In this document: positions 32,415 to 44,338 of the stretch, one piece after another
How positions within the stretch are numbered: the first letter of the stretch is position 1
How the letters are laid out: each line of letters begins with the position of its first letter
Source of the DNA: a virus
Strand: one strand, 5' to 3'
Virus record (IMG/VR): IMGVR_UViG_3300045125_000156
DNA length: 64,000 nt
Notes under the pieces: model-generated
Databases searched by the model: none
What the model saw: only the letters and a program-made list of their open reading frames with translations
Told to the model about the DNA's origin: nothing
Position numbers and translations under genes: made by a program

Positions 32415-33337
32415 ATGGGTGCATACGCTACAGAGACGCCGCAGGTCAGCGCTCGCTTCCTCAACCAGTCGTTCCTGAACGCCATCGAGGGCGGGCGGAC
32501 GAAGGAAGCCGCTGACGAGGGTACCAACTTCATCCGCGAGATCGTCCGTCAGGCGTCCGCCGTGCGTGAGATCTCCGCCCGTCGGCCTCCAGGACGACGA
32601 GATCGACCGCGACGAGCGGACGGATGAGCCCAAGAAGATCATCGAGAAGGAGCCCCAGTCGGTGGCGACCTTCGTCGAGTTCCAGGGCACGCCGTCGGCG
32701 TACTGGTTCCGTGGTCCGCGTTACGCGGTGTTCTTCGGCAAGATCCTCTCGCCGAAGGCCACGAAGAGCAAGTTCCAGCTCATGACCTACCAGAACGATA
32801 TCCGCAAGATCCTTGCGGATAACTTCGTGAAGGACATGGCGGACCAGGAGGACAAGTACTGGCGCCGTCGGTGCTGGTTCTTGTGAACAAGAACCCGGGC
32901 GCGCAGCGCACCGAACGCGCCCGCGTTCACCTCGGCCGCCTTCAAGCGCGCGTTCCAGTCGCTCCTTGATCGTCGTCGCCCCATCGGCAAGATGCTGATG
33001 ACCAAGTCGCTGTACATGGAGGCGATCGACCTCCCGGCGACCGCGGTCGGTAACGCGATCGCTGAGACGCACTACCGCGAGGGCATCGAGAACGAGGAGA
33101 AGCTCTTCGGCATCCCGGTCAGTGACGACCATGTGAAGTCGGACATCTACGACCCCCGTGAGGTGCTGGGTGTTCTCGCCCCAGAACTTCCTCGGAAACT
33201 TCTTCCTCCTTCAGGACGCCACCCTGTTCATCAAGCAGGAAGCGGACATGATCGAGTTCTTCACCTACGAGGCGCCGGGCATCGGCATCGGTAACCGCCT
33301 CTCGATGCAGCACATCGTCTTCCCCGCCGCGACCTGA
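32415..33337 (+). CDS. Major capsid protein (HK97-like fold), frameshifted
   Basis: About 305 codons; strongly biased C/G-ending codons; GGAG SD; followed by a strong terminator; FIREIVRQAS..REI, KMLMT, LFGIPV and YEAPGIGIGN segments. The call rests on synteny and character. Confidence 0.7.
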
Positions 33338-33363
33338 TCGCCGTCGCTTAGCCGGGACATGAG

Positions 33364-33399
33364 AACCCTCGTGGGCTACAATTGCCCACGAGGGTTTTT
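33364..33399 (+). terminator. Rho-independent terminator after the capsid gene
   Basis: AACCCTCGTGGGC-TACAATT-GCCCACGAGGGTT then TTT: a perfect 13-bp stem. Confidence 0.85.
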
Positions 33400-33401
33400 C
33401 A

Positions 33402-33900
33402 TTGCCGTACCAAAGCGCCGCTCAACGCCGATTCTTTCACTCTGAAGGCGCTCGAAAAGCCGGCATCACGCCGGCCATGGTCGAAGAGTGGGATCGCGAA
33501 ACCAAGGGCAAGAGCTCCCTGAGCGCGTTGAAAAAAGCGCCGAGCTCTTTCGATTCTCTTGAAGGCTGCGGCTGCCACGACAAGCGCAGTACGGATGGGC
33601 GCGATGCCAGCCCCGAAGCCCTCAAAGCTATGAAGCCGGCGCGGCGCCTAAAGAGAAGGAAGAGGGCCAACCGGGTTCATGACGGGCGCGGTTACCAGGA
33701 TACGTTCCGCGATAACGCGTCGACCAGTGCCGCCACTGGCGCGGATGCCAGGCTGCAGCGCGGCGAGCAGCTCACGATGCCCACATGAGCCTGAGACAAA
33801 CGACAGACTTACGCGGCTTATTGAAGGCACCGGCCCGGCAAACCCATTCGCCGAGCGGTCACCCCGTCTCGGCCGGAAGAAACCGAGCTGGCCGCGATGA
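33402..33900 (+). CDS. Small conserved phage protein, frameshifted
   Basis: MPYQSAAQRRFFH....ITPAMVEEWDRETKGK resembles a widespread small phage protein type. Confidence 0.5.
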
Positions 33901-34497
33901 CGTCGTTCAAAGACATTGAAAGCCCGGTGGGCGGACTTCCCGGCCCCATGATGGACGGGCCGCCCTACAGTGAAAGACGGAGTCAGACTATTTCACGCGG
34001 TGAAACAGGCCTTCCGCCACGACCGCATGGAAGAGCGCACGCCCTTCCACAAGTCGTACGTCAATCGGCTTCAGTTAGCCGTTGACACGCTCAATCTCAA
34101 GGGCAACCAGTACCATCTTCCACTTCGCGCCTAAAGACGGCACCGTCGCAGGCTAGCGCAGTTCAAGCGTGTACCCAACCGAAAGACGCCAGTGCTAACA
34201 ACGGTCCTGGGGCCCCGGATGACGCCCGGCGGACAGAACATCGAATCCATGATGAAAATGGGCTCAGCGCCAGAGACAAACACCACGCCCTCGGGCGTCC
34301 AGCAAATTCGACACCGACCACATCGACCCCGGCCGCCGGAGAGCACTTCTTGGAACCGCCGGCATCGACACCTGTACGCGCCAGAGACGGGCCGTTACGC
34401 CATCGACAAAGCTTTTGACGGCGTACTCACAAACCCGCGTCACGAGGAGTCATCGAAAACGGCGCGCTTCCTTCAGGAAGTCACGGACATGCGATGA
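33897..34497 (+). CDS. One or two small hypothetical proteins
   Basis: ORFs 33897-34085 and 34192-34497 are co-directional with overlapping stops and starts. Confidence 0.35.
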
Positions 34498-35335
34498 GCT
34501 TGGAGCTAACCGTAAACGGCGTAGCCGTTGTTTCCGACAGGGGTTCTTTGTTCAGTGGACCCTGCGCGACGCGACGGAATCCGGCGTTTACAAATTTGAC
34601 GTTTACCGGGGCGGCTCGATTGAAGGCCCTTGCGGACCCGCTAGCCCTGGGCCTTGAGAATCAATACGCCACGATTGATAATTTCACGGGCCCCTTCGAG
34701 CACCAACGAAGACAGGCTAAGGCCTAATCAGCTCAACCTCTACCGCCTGTTTGTTTATCGCGTCGTGGTAACGTCTCCAGCGGCGGAAGACTGCCGAAGG
34801 GCAGTTGGACAATGCGCCTCTCGATGAAGGCGCGCTCAATGACCGCAGAATGGTTCAGTACGCCCGAAAGCTCATTCGAGATTTTCGGCTGAGTCTCAAG
34901 TTCAACGGCACGCGATGCGTCATCCTCAAACGGCGGCACTGGGGTGTTCGCTGCGGTGCGTTGACAACAAACACAAGAAATTGTCCGGGGCGCCTGCCGC
35001 AAATGCTGGAGGCGCTGGCATCATCGACGGATACTGGGCGCCCTTCGTAGCCGTACGTGCGCCGGGCGGCAGGCTCAAACGCGACGGCCGTTACTCCCGA
35101 GAATAAAAGCGATAGCTCTGACGCCAAACTCTGGATGCCGGACTACCCCGCCTTGGAAACGGACGACATCGTTATTTTCATGAAAGAAAATACCCGGTGG
35201 CGCGTCGACCAAAGTACGAGCACGCAAATCCGGCTCCAGGACGTCCATCAAGTAGTCTCCGCGCAAGCCCTTGACCGAGGTCATATCCTTTATCGGTATC
35301 TGCTGGACCCACGGCAGAATCAACCCCTCTACTGA
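34494..35335 (+). CDS. Neck or head-closure protein(s), frameshifted
   Basis: VQWTL..FDVYRGGSIEGP; LKRRHWGVRC.C..G.GIIDGY; LETDDIVIF..RWRV; located between capsid and sheath. Confidence 0.55.
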
Positions 35336-36051
35336 TATGGCCAAGCTAACGCCTTACTACGGCACCCCTCGACTCGAAGGTCAGCACCCGGATGTATTCC
35401 CCGGGTCGCCGCTGGCGTTGATTGCTATTTTCGTGGGAGGTAATCCGCCTGCGCTTCCAGCCGGGACAACGCCTACAAGCTGCCGTACTACTGGAGCCCC
35501 GACCCAGCTCCGGAACCGGACGAAGAGAACACCGACGACAGCCCTCGCAAGATTTTAATTGAAAGCCGATACCTGCAGCACCCGGACGCGCGGACTACCG
35601 ACCTGCCATCTTTGTCGAGCGCGGGGACGCCAGCTTTTTCAAAAATAGTTGTGGGCAACCGTGGGGCTTATTCGGAGGCGCTGGACGCTAACCTCTACGT
35701 GATGCATGCGGCCACCCCATCAGCGTGCTCTGCGTGACCAAGGACCGGGGTGAGTCCATGTCCATCGCGGAGATGGTGACGTTCTACCTCGCGGCAATCC
35801 TACCTGAGCTCGCGAAACCTTCGGATTCCAAGACGCCTCGCTCCCGGTGCTCGCCTCCACTCAGGTGTATCGGCGCAGCTCAAACGACATCGAAGAGTGG
35901 GTGACGCCCGTCAACCTACAAATAACCTGCAAGCACGTTTGGCGTGAAGGCTATATCGCGCCGAAGCTGGCCGAAATCAGAATGCAGCTAGGCCTCAACG
36001 CCCCGGCCGCGCCGCCTACGCTTGCTGGCATCGTGATTCAGAACCCGCGAT
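35335..36051 (+). CDS. Tail-completion or terminator-like protein, frameshifted
   Basis: Located just before the sheath; RPAIFVERG segment. Confidence 0.45.
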
Positions 36052-36109
36052 AGGTTCACGCCGATGAAATGGCGCCTATCCTTGACGACGAACCTTCGGA
36101 GAACAGCAC

Positions 36110-39037
36110 ATGGCAAGGCCGCTCGTACTCGTATTCCAGGAGCTCGCTGCCCCCACAGCGACCCCGACCATTCCGGACCTCAACACAGTCATCGTCGGGC
36201 CTGCATACGAACTGCTGGACTACCCCGATGATGCGGCTTCGATTCTACTATCGAGCACCTACGGTCAAGCCGACCAACCGGCCAGCACCTACGTACCACC
36301 GGCGGTGGGCACCGATGCGGTAACCGTAGTAGGCGGCGGCTACCCGCTTCAGTCTGCAGGGTCTGTTGTTGACCACGACTCGGTGACCTTCGTCCTTCGT
36401 TTCCCCCGAGTGGTCCTGGCGTCCACGGTGGCGGCGGTCACGCCGTATATCGGCAACGCACGTAACAACAAGCGTGAGCGATCAGACGCTCATCACGCTA
36501 GTCGGCGCAATCGGCGGCCAAAACTTCTCCACCGCCGGCATCCGAGCCGGCGACCGGGTCATTCTGACCTCGGCTTCAAACCAGACGGTCGCCCGCGTCG
36601 TCGCGTCTGTCGGCGAGCCTAACTCCGAAGGCCTTGCCACCAACACGGCTGTTTTCCGCATCACCCAAAACCTGCCGCCCACCGGCACGGGCGTCGGGCA
36701 GTGGAACTACGGTGGTAACAGCGGGCTCCGCATCGAGCGTGAGCTTCAGATCCAAGAGCTTGATGCCCCCGGGTTCGTCGTGTTTCCTGACCCCGGAAGC
36801 GACACCGTCGTGATTCGCGGCAGCGTGAGCCTTTCGATCTCGCTGACGGCCTACCCGACAATCGCGGCGCCAAACCCCGTCGCGGCAACAGGTAAGCCGA
36901 CTCTCTGTCTTATTCGCAGCTTTACCTCGCATACCGGGCAATGCGCCAGGACCTACAGACGGTCGAAGTGTTCGACTCCGCCAGTCTGCAGACGGTCAAT
37001 GGCGTGCCGACCGTCGTCGGGCTAGGAAAAATTGACGCGCGGAACCCGCTCGCCGTAGGCGTAAGCGTGGCGCTTGCCAACTCGGGCAGCGCCCCCGTGT
37101 ACGCTTACGGGGTGGCGAGCAACGACGCTGTGGGCCACGCCAATGCGCGTGACTCCATGTCGATGCGCAGCGACCTTTACGCCTTCGTGCCCCTGACGCA
37201 GAACATCAACATTCACGCAAGTTACAAGACCGAGTTCGACGATCTTGCGGACCCCACGACCGCCCTGGAAAATGGCGTGCCGCAGAAGTTCCGCGTCGTC
37301 ATCGGGTCGATTCCCCTCCCGACGACGACAACGGTGTATGAGGGCGGAATCACCGGCGTCGCGCAACAGAGCGGAATTGCCTCGGGGCTATATCGAACCA
37401 TCGATATCGACTCTGGCTCCACTGGCTCAAACCTGGCCGTCAACTTCGTTCTGCCTGGCGATACCGTGATTATCGGCCTCGTAGACCCTGCCGACGTAGC
37501 CTGGCAGAACCGCCGTGGGTCGCATACTGTCGGCCACGTCAACGCGTCCTTCAGCGTGGGCGTAACCAACTCCACGTTCGAAATCATCCCGGGCAGCAGC
37601 CGGTGGGACAGCACAGCCGCTCCCGCCGGAAACTCGGATATTGAAATCGTCATCAAGGGCCCAGACGGCAGCGTCAAGATGTCCAATCTGGCTCAGGCGA
37701 CGATTTCAACGGGCGCGGGCCCGACATTGTCGACGATTCAGTACGACATGAAAAACCCCACGGTTGTAGGCGGCCCCTACACCGTCGAGTACGTCGTCGT
37801 CGGTGCGGCTCCCGCCGTTAGCGTCGCAGTTGTCGGGTTCGCCATCACCGTAACGGTAAACGGCACCTCCCACACGGCGGACAACGTCGCTGCCGCAATC
37901 AATGCCAACAGCATCACCAGCGCGTTGATGACGGCGCTAGTGACGGCTGGCGGAAGCAATGCTGTTCTGGTCTCTGCCCCGACTTCAGTTGAGCCCGTGG
38001 CTGGGTCGTGCGACACCGTGATCACGATCAGCGACAACCTCTTCAATCGCCTGGAAGACGCCTCTGCGCTGTTCCTCACGGCGGGCGTTCGCGCTGGCGA
38101 CACGATCGAAATGCCGCTGGACCCAAACAACTATGGGCCCGACGCGTACGCCACCCGTTTCCTCACGTACACCGTGGCTACGGTTCTCAGCGAGAATCGG
38201 ATCCTGGTGCAATGCCCTACGGACGACACGGGCTCTGTGGCCAACGAGCTACCGCACTACTACTTGCGCGACGTCGCGAACCGGGTGCTGGACAACACGC
38301 TACCCAATGCAATCAACTACCGCATCCGTCGGCAGCTGACGAAGGATGAGCAGATCCTCAACCTTGTCACCACGGCACAGAGCGTCCGCTCGAAGCGCTG
38401 CACGCTGACATGGCCGGACACGGTGCAGGTGTCAGACCTTCGCAACGGCGCCCTGCCACGAGCGACGGCGAGCATCCGCACGCTGGCGGGCGACGTCGAA
38501 GGCTATTACGTCAGCTGCCAGGTTGGCGGGGCTTGCGCGGGACTCCCGGCGCAGCACGGTCTTACAAACCTGGGCCTGTCCGGAGTAAACGTCCTTCGCC
38601 ACTCGCAGGGCTACTTCACAGAGCGCCAGCTAAGCCGCCTCTCGGACGGCGGGTTCTTCGTCATGGTGCAGAACGTTCTGGCTCCCTGCCGATCTGCATC
38701 CACCAGCTGACGACCGACCCCACAACGCTGGAGACGGGCGGAGCTCTCCGTCGTACGCAACGTCGACTTCGTGTCGAAGTTCTTCCTTGACCTCCTTTCG
38801 CCTTTCATCGGCGTCTACAACGTCACACAGGCAACGCAGAACGCGATCTTCCGCGCAGTCAACGATGGCGCCCAGAACCTGATCGGCCGCTCTCTGGACC
38901 GCATCGGCCCGCCCCTGATCAGCGGGACGGTCACCAGCATCAAGGTGTCCGAGTTTGACGCCTCGCGCATCGAGCTCTTCTTCCGGGGCGTTATCCCGCG
39001 CCCCCTCAACACGATCGCCTTCCACCTCGTGGTGTGA
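36110..39037 (+). CDS. Contractile tail sheath protein, frameshifted
   Basis: About 970 codons; N-terminal RPLVLVFQE..VIVGP; C-terminal sheath-like CQVGGACAGLP..HGLTN, FIGVYNV, IELFFRGVIPRPLNTIAFHLVV. Confidence 0.85.
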
Positions 39038-39043
39038 TCGAGA

Positions 39044-39620
39044 TGAGCCATTATCAATATGACCACCTCCTAATCCAGCATTTTGAAAAAAATGCAGGGT
39101 TTGGAAACGTCATGTGGCAGGGCACCAAGGCCGTAGGTCGCGGCGCCATGCACGTAGGTCGCGGCGCGTTGGGCTTTGATGCCAAAGCGGGCGCGGGTCT
39201 CAGTGGGCGCATTTTAACGGGCGCTGGCGCTATCGGGGGCGCCGTCGCGCCCGTCGCTGCTGGCGCCTTGCAAATGAGCAATACGGGCCGGGCGGTCACA
39301 GCTTCACTCCGTGAAATGGGCCACGTGCACAACATGCAGAAGCATGCGGAGCACGGGGTGCTTCATAAAGCGCTACACGTCGCTCCCTACCTGGGCTGGG
39401 CCGGAAGTCATTTATTGGAAGATACGGCCGTCGGCAAAAAACACCCGTGGCTTCCAAAAGCAATAAGCACCGCGTCCTACCTCGGCTTAGCAGGAAATGC
39501 GGCCCATGACGCGTACACAAACCCCCAAAGAGCGAGTCACCGGGGCCGTAGACGCCGCCGCACTTATGGCAATGCTCGGGGCCGACGTTGCACGTTGGCG
39601 CCGCCCAGCGACTCCAGGCC
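39044..39620 (+). CDS. Putative internal virion protein (K-x-A leader, Gly-rich hydrophobic segments)
   Basis: MSHYQYDHLLIQHFEKNAG, MQKHAE and GAGAIGGAVAPVAAGA. Confidence 0.55.
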
Positions 39621-39640
39621 CCTAACATTAGGAAAAAGCA

Positions 39641-40423
39641 ATGGCAACCTATCCCATCGGTGTCACAAAGAGCCTCGGCACGTGGAACTTTCAAAAGCAC
39701 CACGTCGAGCGCATGCTCGACAACGCGACCTACGACGCGGTTCACCCGGATGACACTCTCATCCTGGCTGGGCCCGCCCGTCGCGGTGTTGCCTTCCTTC
39801 GACGCCCCGCACCCTCATGGCGCTGGGGATGTTTCAGTCCTTCGGGATGCAGACACAGGCGCCGGTGATGCCGCTTATGGGCATCGGCATCTGGCCGTAG
39901 CTTCTTCCTTCGCGGGAAGTCGCAATCGAGCTGGAACCTTCAGCGCGTGATGATCAACGGGCGAAACCTCCTTCGCGCGCTATACCACAACGCTGTCGAA
40001 GTGGCCGGCCTGAGCCCTGAGCTGTTTGATGACCCGGCGTCGCTCGCACGCACGTCGCAGTTCTTCATCAACCTCGACTCGGAGCTCTACTACATCCCCT
40101 TCGGACTTGCGGTCATCATGCGCACCAAGAGCCGCACGCTCGTCGCGGGCTGCTACCTTGAGCTCTGCATGATCAACAGCTACGGCTCGCAGATCCAGGC
40201 GGGCCAGAGCATGGTTGCTGAAATGGTCTCCGGCATGTGTGACCGCATCCTGCCGTTCCAGGCCAGCGACAGCATCGCGGGCATCGAGGGTAACGGCCGC
40301 GCCGCCATGGACGCAGTCCTGGGTCTGGCCGGAAACACATTCCCCGAGGCGAACACACGGGACATCCAGACCTTTGCCGACGACGCACTCGGCAACGGAG
40401 ATGTCAACATGGTCTCTGCCTGA
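39641..40423 (+). CDS. Tail tube protein, frameshifted
   Basis: Follows the sheath; beta-rich motifs G.G..RSFFLRGK, RVMINGRNLLRALY, YLELCMINSY...AG..MV.E. Confidence 0.7.
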
Positions 40424-40434
40424 TACTATGGGGC

Positions 40435-41990
40435 ATGGCCCCTCCTCGTCGACAGCGCCCTTCTGAACAGCTTCCTACCCGTCAAGACCCGCTAATCCCA
40501 AACCCTCAGGGGTTTGCGATGGGCGGTGCGGCAACTGCCGGCCCTGCAAACATCATCGAGCGGGGAGTCATCATGGCGGTTGACGCCCAACGCCAAATCT
40601 ACCGGGTTCGGCTCAACAGCGGCCGGACGTTGATGATGGCCAGAATCCGGAACCATCTTGGCGACGTAAACGTTCTCCCCGTGGGGGCCTTCGTCGCTGT
40701 TACCTTTGGGCTGGGGCTCCCATACATCATGGGGGTGTTGCCGCCAGAATCGGCAAACACCCAAGAAGAAAACCCCATCACCGTGACAGACGCCGAAGGC
40801 TACGGGGGAAACGACCCGCTTTTGGCAAGAAACATGGGTGCGAGTTCCCGGGGGCGCGATGAGCCTCGCGACATGGTACCAGGCGACTTCGTCGGCCTGA
40901 GCCCCGATGGTGCTTCCGTAGCGGCGCTTCACGGGAAAGTCGCGCAGATCCGAGGCTCGGCACTAGCCAAGGTCCAGGCCTTTGGCGACCGAGACCTCGT
41001 ACAGATCGTCGCAGGGACGATACGGACTCTGTCGTGGATGGGGGAGTCACGAATCGAAAATAACGATGGGAAAACATCGTTCATCTGGCGCGGCGGCTGC
41101 GACCAGCTCTCTCAGACCGGCCCAGACGAAGAGCGCTACACAATCAAGCTCGACGTCGGGGACACCGGAAACATGATCAACCTTGAGGTGTGTAACCGAG
41201 AAAACCAGGCTGTCTTCCGGTTCCACGTTGATCCTCAAGGGCAGTGTGAGCTTTTGCGGCTGGCGGATTTAACCAACATTCGGGAGCGGACAGCAATCAA
41301 ACCCACCCTATCCGTTACAACGGCACCACACAGACCGAGGTTACAGGGGGCGCTACGCGGACAGGTGCAGGGGCCGGTGCAGGAGATTCATCAGGCCGGG
41401 CGCACCGAAGAAGTCACCGAGAATTACAACCTGACTGTCGGGCAGGACTTCGTAGTTCAGGCCGGACGAGACCTGCGTTTAACCGCCAGCGGGAACGGCT
41501 ACGAGTTTATCACGGGCGACAAAACCTCAACGAGTAGCGGCGACTACAAAATGGAAGTCGTAACGCCTGGTAAAGTTCACGCCGTGAAAACTACAGCGGG
41601 CGAGGCCTCCGTCGAGACCACCACCGGCAATTTCCGCGTAACCACGCAGGGCGGTCAGGTTTTATTGGACGCCGGATTAGGCCTCGCCCGAGTAGAAGCC
41701 ACTCAGATTGTTTTAGCCGCAGGGTCTGGCAGCATCGGCCTTACCGCGCCCGCCGGGAGCATCACCATCGGCGCTAACGCAACGTCTGGCGCAACCAGAA
41801 GTGGGAAGAGATGAACGCCGCCATTCAGGCCATGGCGCAACAGATCTCTACCCTGAACGCCTTGGTCGCATCGCACGTCCATGGAGTGGGCCCAACGTCT
41901 CTTACGCTGGTCCCGCTCGTCGTCCCCATCAGCGTCAACCTCAATCCGCCCGCAGCGGCGTACGCCTGGGGTAACTTATACTTTCCAGCG
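40435..41990 (+). CDS. Baseplate spike or hub (gpV/gp5-like OB fold plus beta-helix)
   Basis: GVIMAVD...YRVRL OB-fold start; repetitive beta strands (VTENYNLTVGQDFVVQAG); terminal HVHG. Confidence 0.7.
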
Positions 41991-42072
41991 GCGAGTCACC
42001 GCATGACGCGGGGCCGCTGGAGAGATCGCGAGCAACGCGATCATTACAGTCACGGCGTATGGCAACTCTGCG

Positions 42073-43710
42073 ATGTCCGACCTTCTCGGCATCGAGGCCT
42101 ACGCCAAGCCGGGCACCTGGGTAAGCCAGAACTTCAGCTTCGGCGTCACCGTTTCCTTCCAGGTCACCGGGGGCGTCTGGTCCCGCCTGCGCCCGCAGCT
42201 CAGACGCCATGGCCAACCGCCGCATCCCGGCGATGGACAGCAACGGCGTTCTGCTCGGCACGGGCAAGACCCAGCCCGCGCTCTCCTACTCGATGGAGTG
42301 GGTTCCCGGCGACCGCCCGCGCATTCACCGCGCGCTCATCGGCGTAGCCGGCGGCACTGCGGCGGTGGCGGCGACGGGCCGTATCGAATCGGTCGAGTCC
42401 GGACGCGCTCACCGACGGTGAGACGTTCATCCTCAACGACGGCGTAAACCCGGCCATCACCTTCGAGTTCGATGACGACGGCTCGGTGGTCCCCACCCCG
42501 ACCCTCGTTCCGATCAACTTCGCTTCCGGCACAGTCGGCCGCGACGGTCGCCACGAACATCGCAGCGGCGATCAACGGCGTGGGCGGAACGCTCGCGATT
42601 ACAGCGGCCGCGTCCTCGACGGTCGTCAACCTGACCAACGACACCGCCGGCGTCGCAGGTAACGTCAACATCATCAACAACACCGTCATGGACGTGGTGG
42701 GCATGGCGGGCGGCGCTGCCGCCGCGACGGCGACAAACCTATCGATCGCGGCCCCCGGTGACATCACGCTGGCCGGCACCAACCTCCTCGCCGGGAACGC
42801 GCTGCTGCGTCGGTGCTTCAGACCTGGAGCCGCGGCGTACAGCTATGGCAACCCGGGTACGCGTACGTTCACCCCCGCCGTCGACGCGCTGCGTCTAGAG
42901 GCGGCGGTGACCGGGCCGTTCGGTAACAAGTTCTGCTACACCATCGAGGCTGCATCGGGGGTGGGCAGCGTCACCACGCGCCTTCTCGACAACGACGACA
43001 TCCACGTTATCGTGGTGCCGGCGGCAGGCCTTCCAACTCCACGGCCATCGCCGCCACAGATCGCCGCAGACCCCCTGGCCGGAAACTTCATCACTGGCCA
43101 CAGCCCTTGTCGCCGAACTCGGCCATCAGCCCGACCAGCACCCGGCAGCTTCCGGGCGTCAAGCCCCGGTGGCGTCACCCCGTCGAGCGCGGGACAGGTC
43201 AATCGGGTTTACCTTGAGGGTGGCGACGGCGGCGGCCTCGGCATGCTCATGGTCCCCGTCGTGGCGGGCGACCCCACGAACCTGCTCGTCCTGGAGAGCA
43301 CACGAGCGGGCAACGATCGTAACCTCATCACCCTGACCGATCACGATCAACTCGGGCGCGCCGATCGCCACCACGGTGAGCGGAAACAACATCACCGTTG
43401 CGCTTCAGGGGCTACCGACACGCTAGCCAACATTGCGACAAGCATCAACAGCACTGCGGCTGCGGTCGGGCGCTCGTCGACGCCCAGGTACAGGGCGCCG
43501 GAAGCCTCGGCGTTCTTGCGAAGTCGTGGCTCTACGGCGGTGGCGGCGAAGCCCGGCGGCCGCTGCGACGGTCGCCGGCGCGGCGGCGACCGATTCGTGC
43601 TGCAGGCCGACGGTCAGCATGGTGGTGCGCAACCACGAACGGCGGCGCTCGTCGCCGTCAGCAGCCGCGGTCGGTGAGCTGGCCGCAGTTCAGGTTCAGA
43701 ATGAACTACG
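42073..43710 (+). CDS. Structural protein with sheath-type Ig-like modules, heavily frameshifted
   Basis: TFILNDGVN..TFEFD, ATNIAAAING and LEAAVTGPFGN modules. Confidence 0.55.
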
Positions 43711-43875
43711 GCCTGGTCTCGGCCGACATCGGCGCCCTCGTCGCCTGATCAGCGCTTCCGCTTCGCGGGCTTGCGGTCTGATCCGACACCCGGCAGCACA
43801 GGAACCTGCGTTGCCGGGTGCTCCGTCGGATCTTCCGACGCCCCCACCAGTTCTTCCCCGCCAAAGAGATCTTCT

Positions 43876-44169
43876 TTATCTCCGGTCGCCATCTGAATGG
43901 CGAGTTCCGTCCGGCGCGATCGGCATGGTCGCCTTCTCAGCCTCGGTCTGCACGTGGTCGTGCTTTTTCGACCGGCGGCGCTTCGGCAATGACAACTTCG
44001 TCCGTGGCCGTAGGCGCTTCCATGGCGGCGCCGTCAACGTCAATCTTTCCGCCGGGGCCCGGCGGGCGCGACGCGGGGCGTAATCGAGAGACGCCATGGT
44101 GGCGACGTCCGGCGCGCGGAAGGTCAACTCAAGATCAAGGTCGTCTCCGTGGTCGGTGTCTACCTTCAC
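43876..44169 (-). CDS. Small hypothetical protein
   Basis: MKVDTDHGDDLDLELTFRAP; probable frameshift. Confidence 0.35.
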   Translation of the reverse strand: MKVDTDHGDDLDLELTFRAPDVATMASLDYAPRRARRAPAERLTLTAPPWKRLRPRTKLSLPKRRRSKKHDHVQTEAEKATMPIAPDGTRHSDGDRR

Positions 44170-44338
44170 GACCCGCAGAGAACCTCTAGACGCTTGTCGC
44201 CAAGAAACACTTCAAGCGGGAGCTCGGTAAGACGCCGAGGGAGTTGAAAGTGCAGCACCTCACCAGTCTGGATGCTGCGGATGTGGCCCAGGCCGCCTGT
44301 ATCATGCTGAACCGAGGCTTCATGTATACTACTCCTCT

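Noticed and set aside
36110-41990. T6SS, eCIS or tailocin rather than a phage
   Set aside because: Capsid, protease, portal-like, neck and replication genes are present on the same contig.
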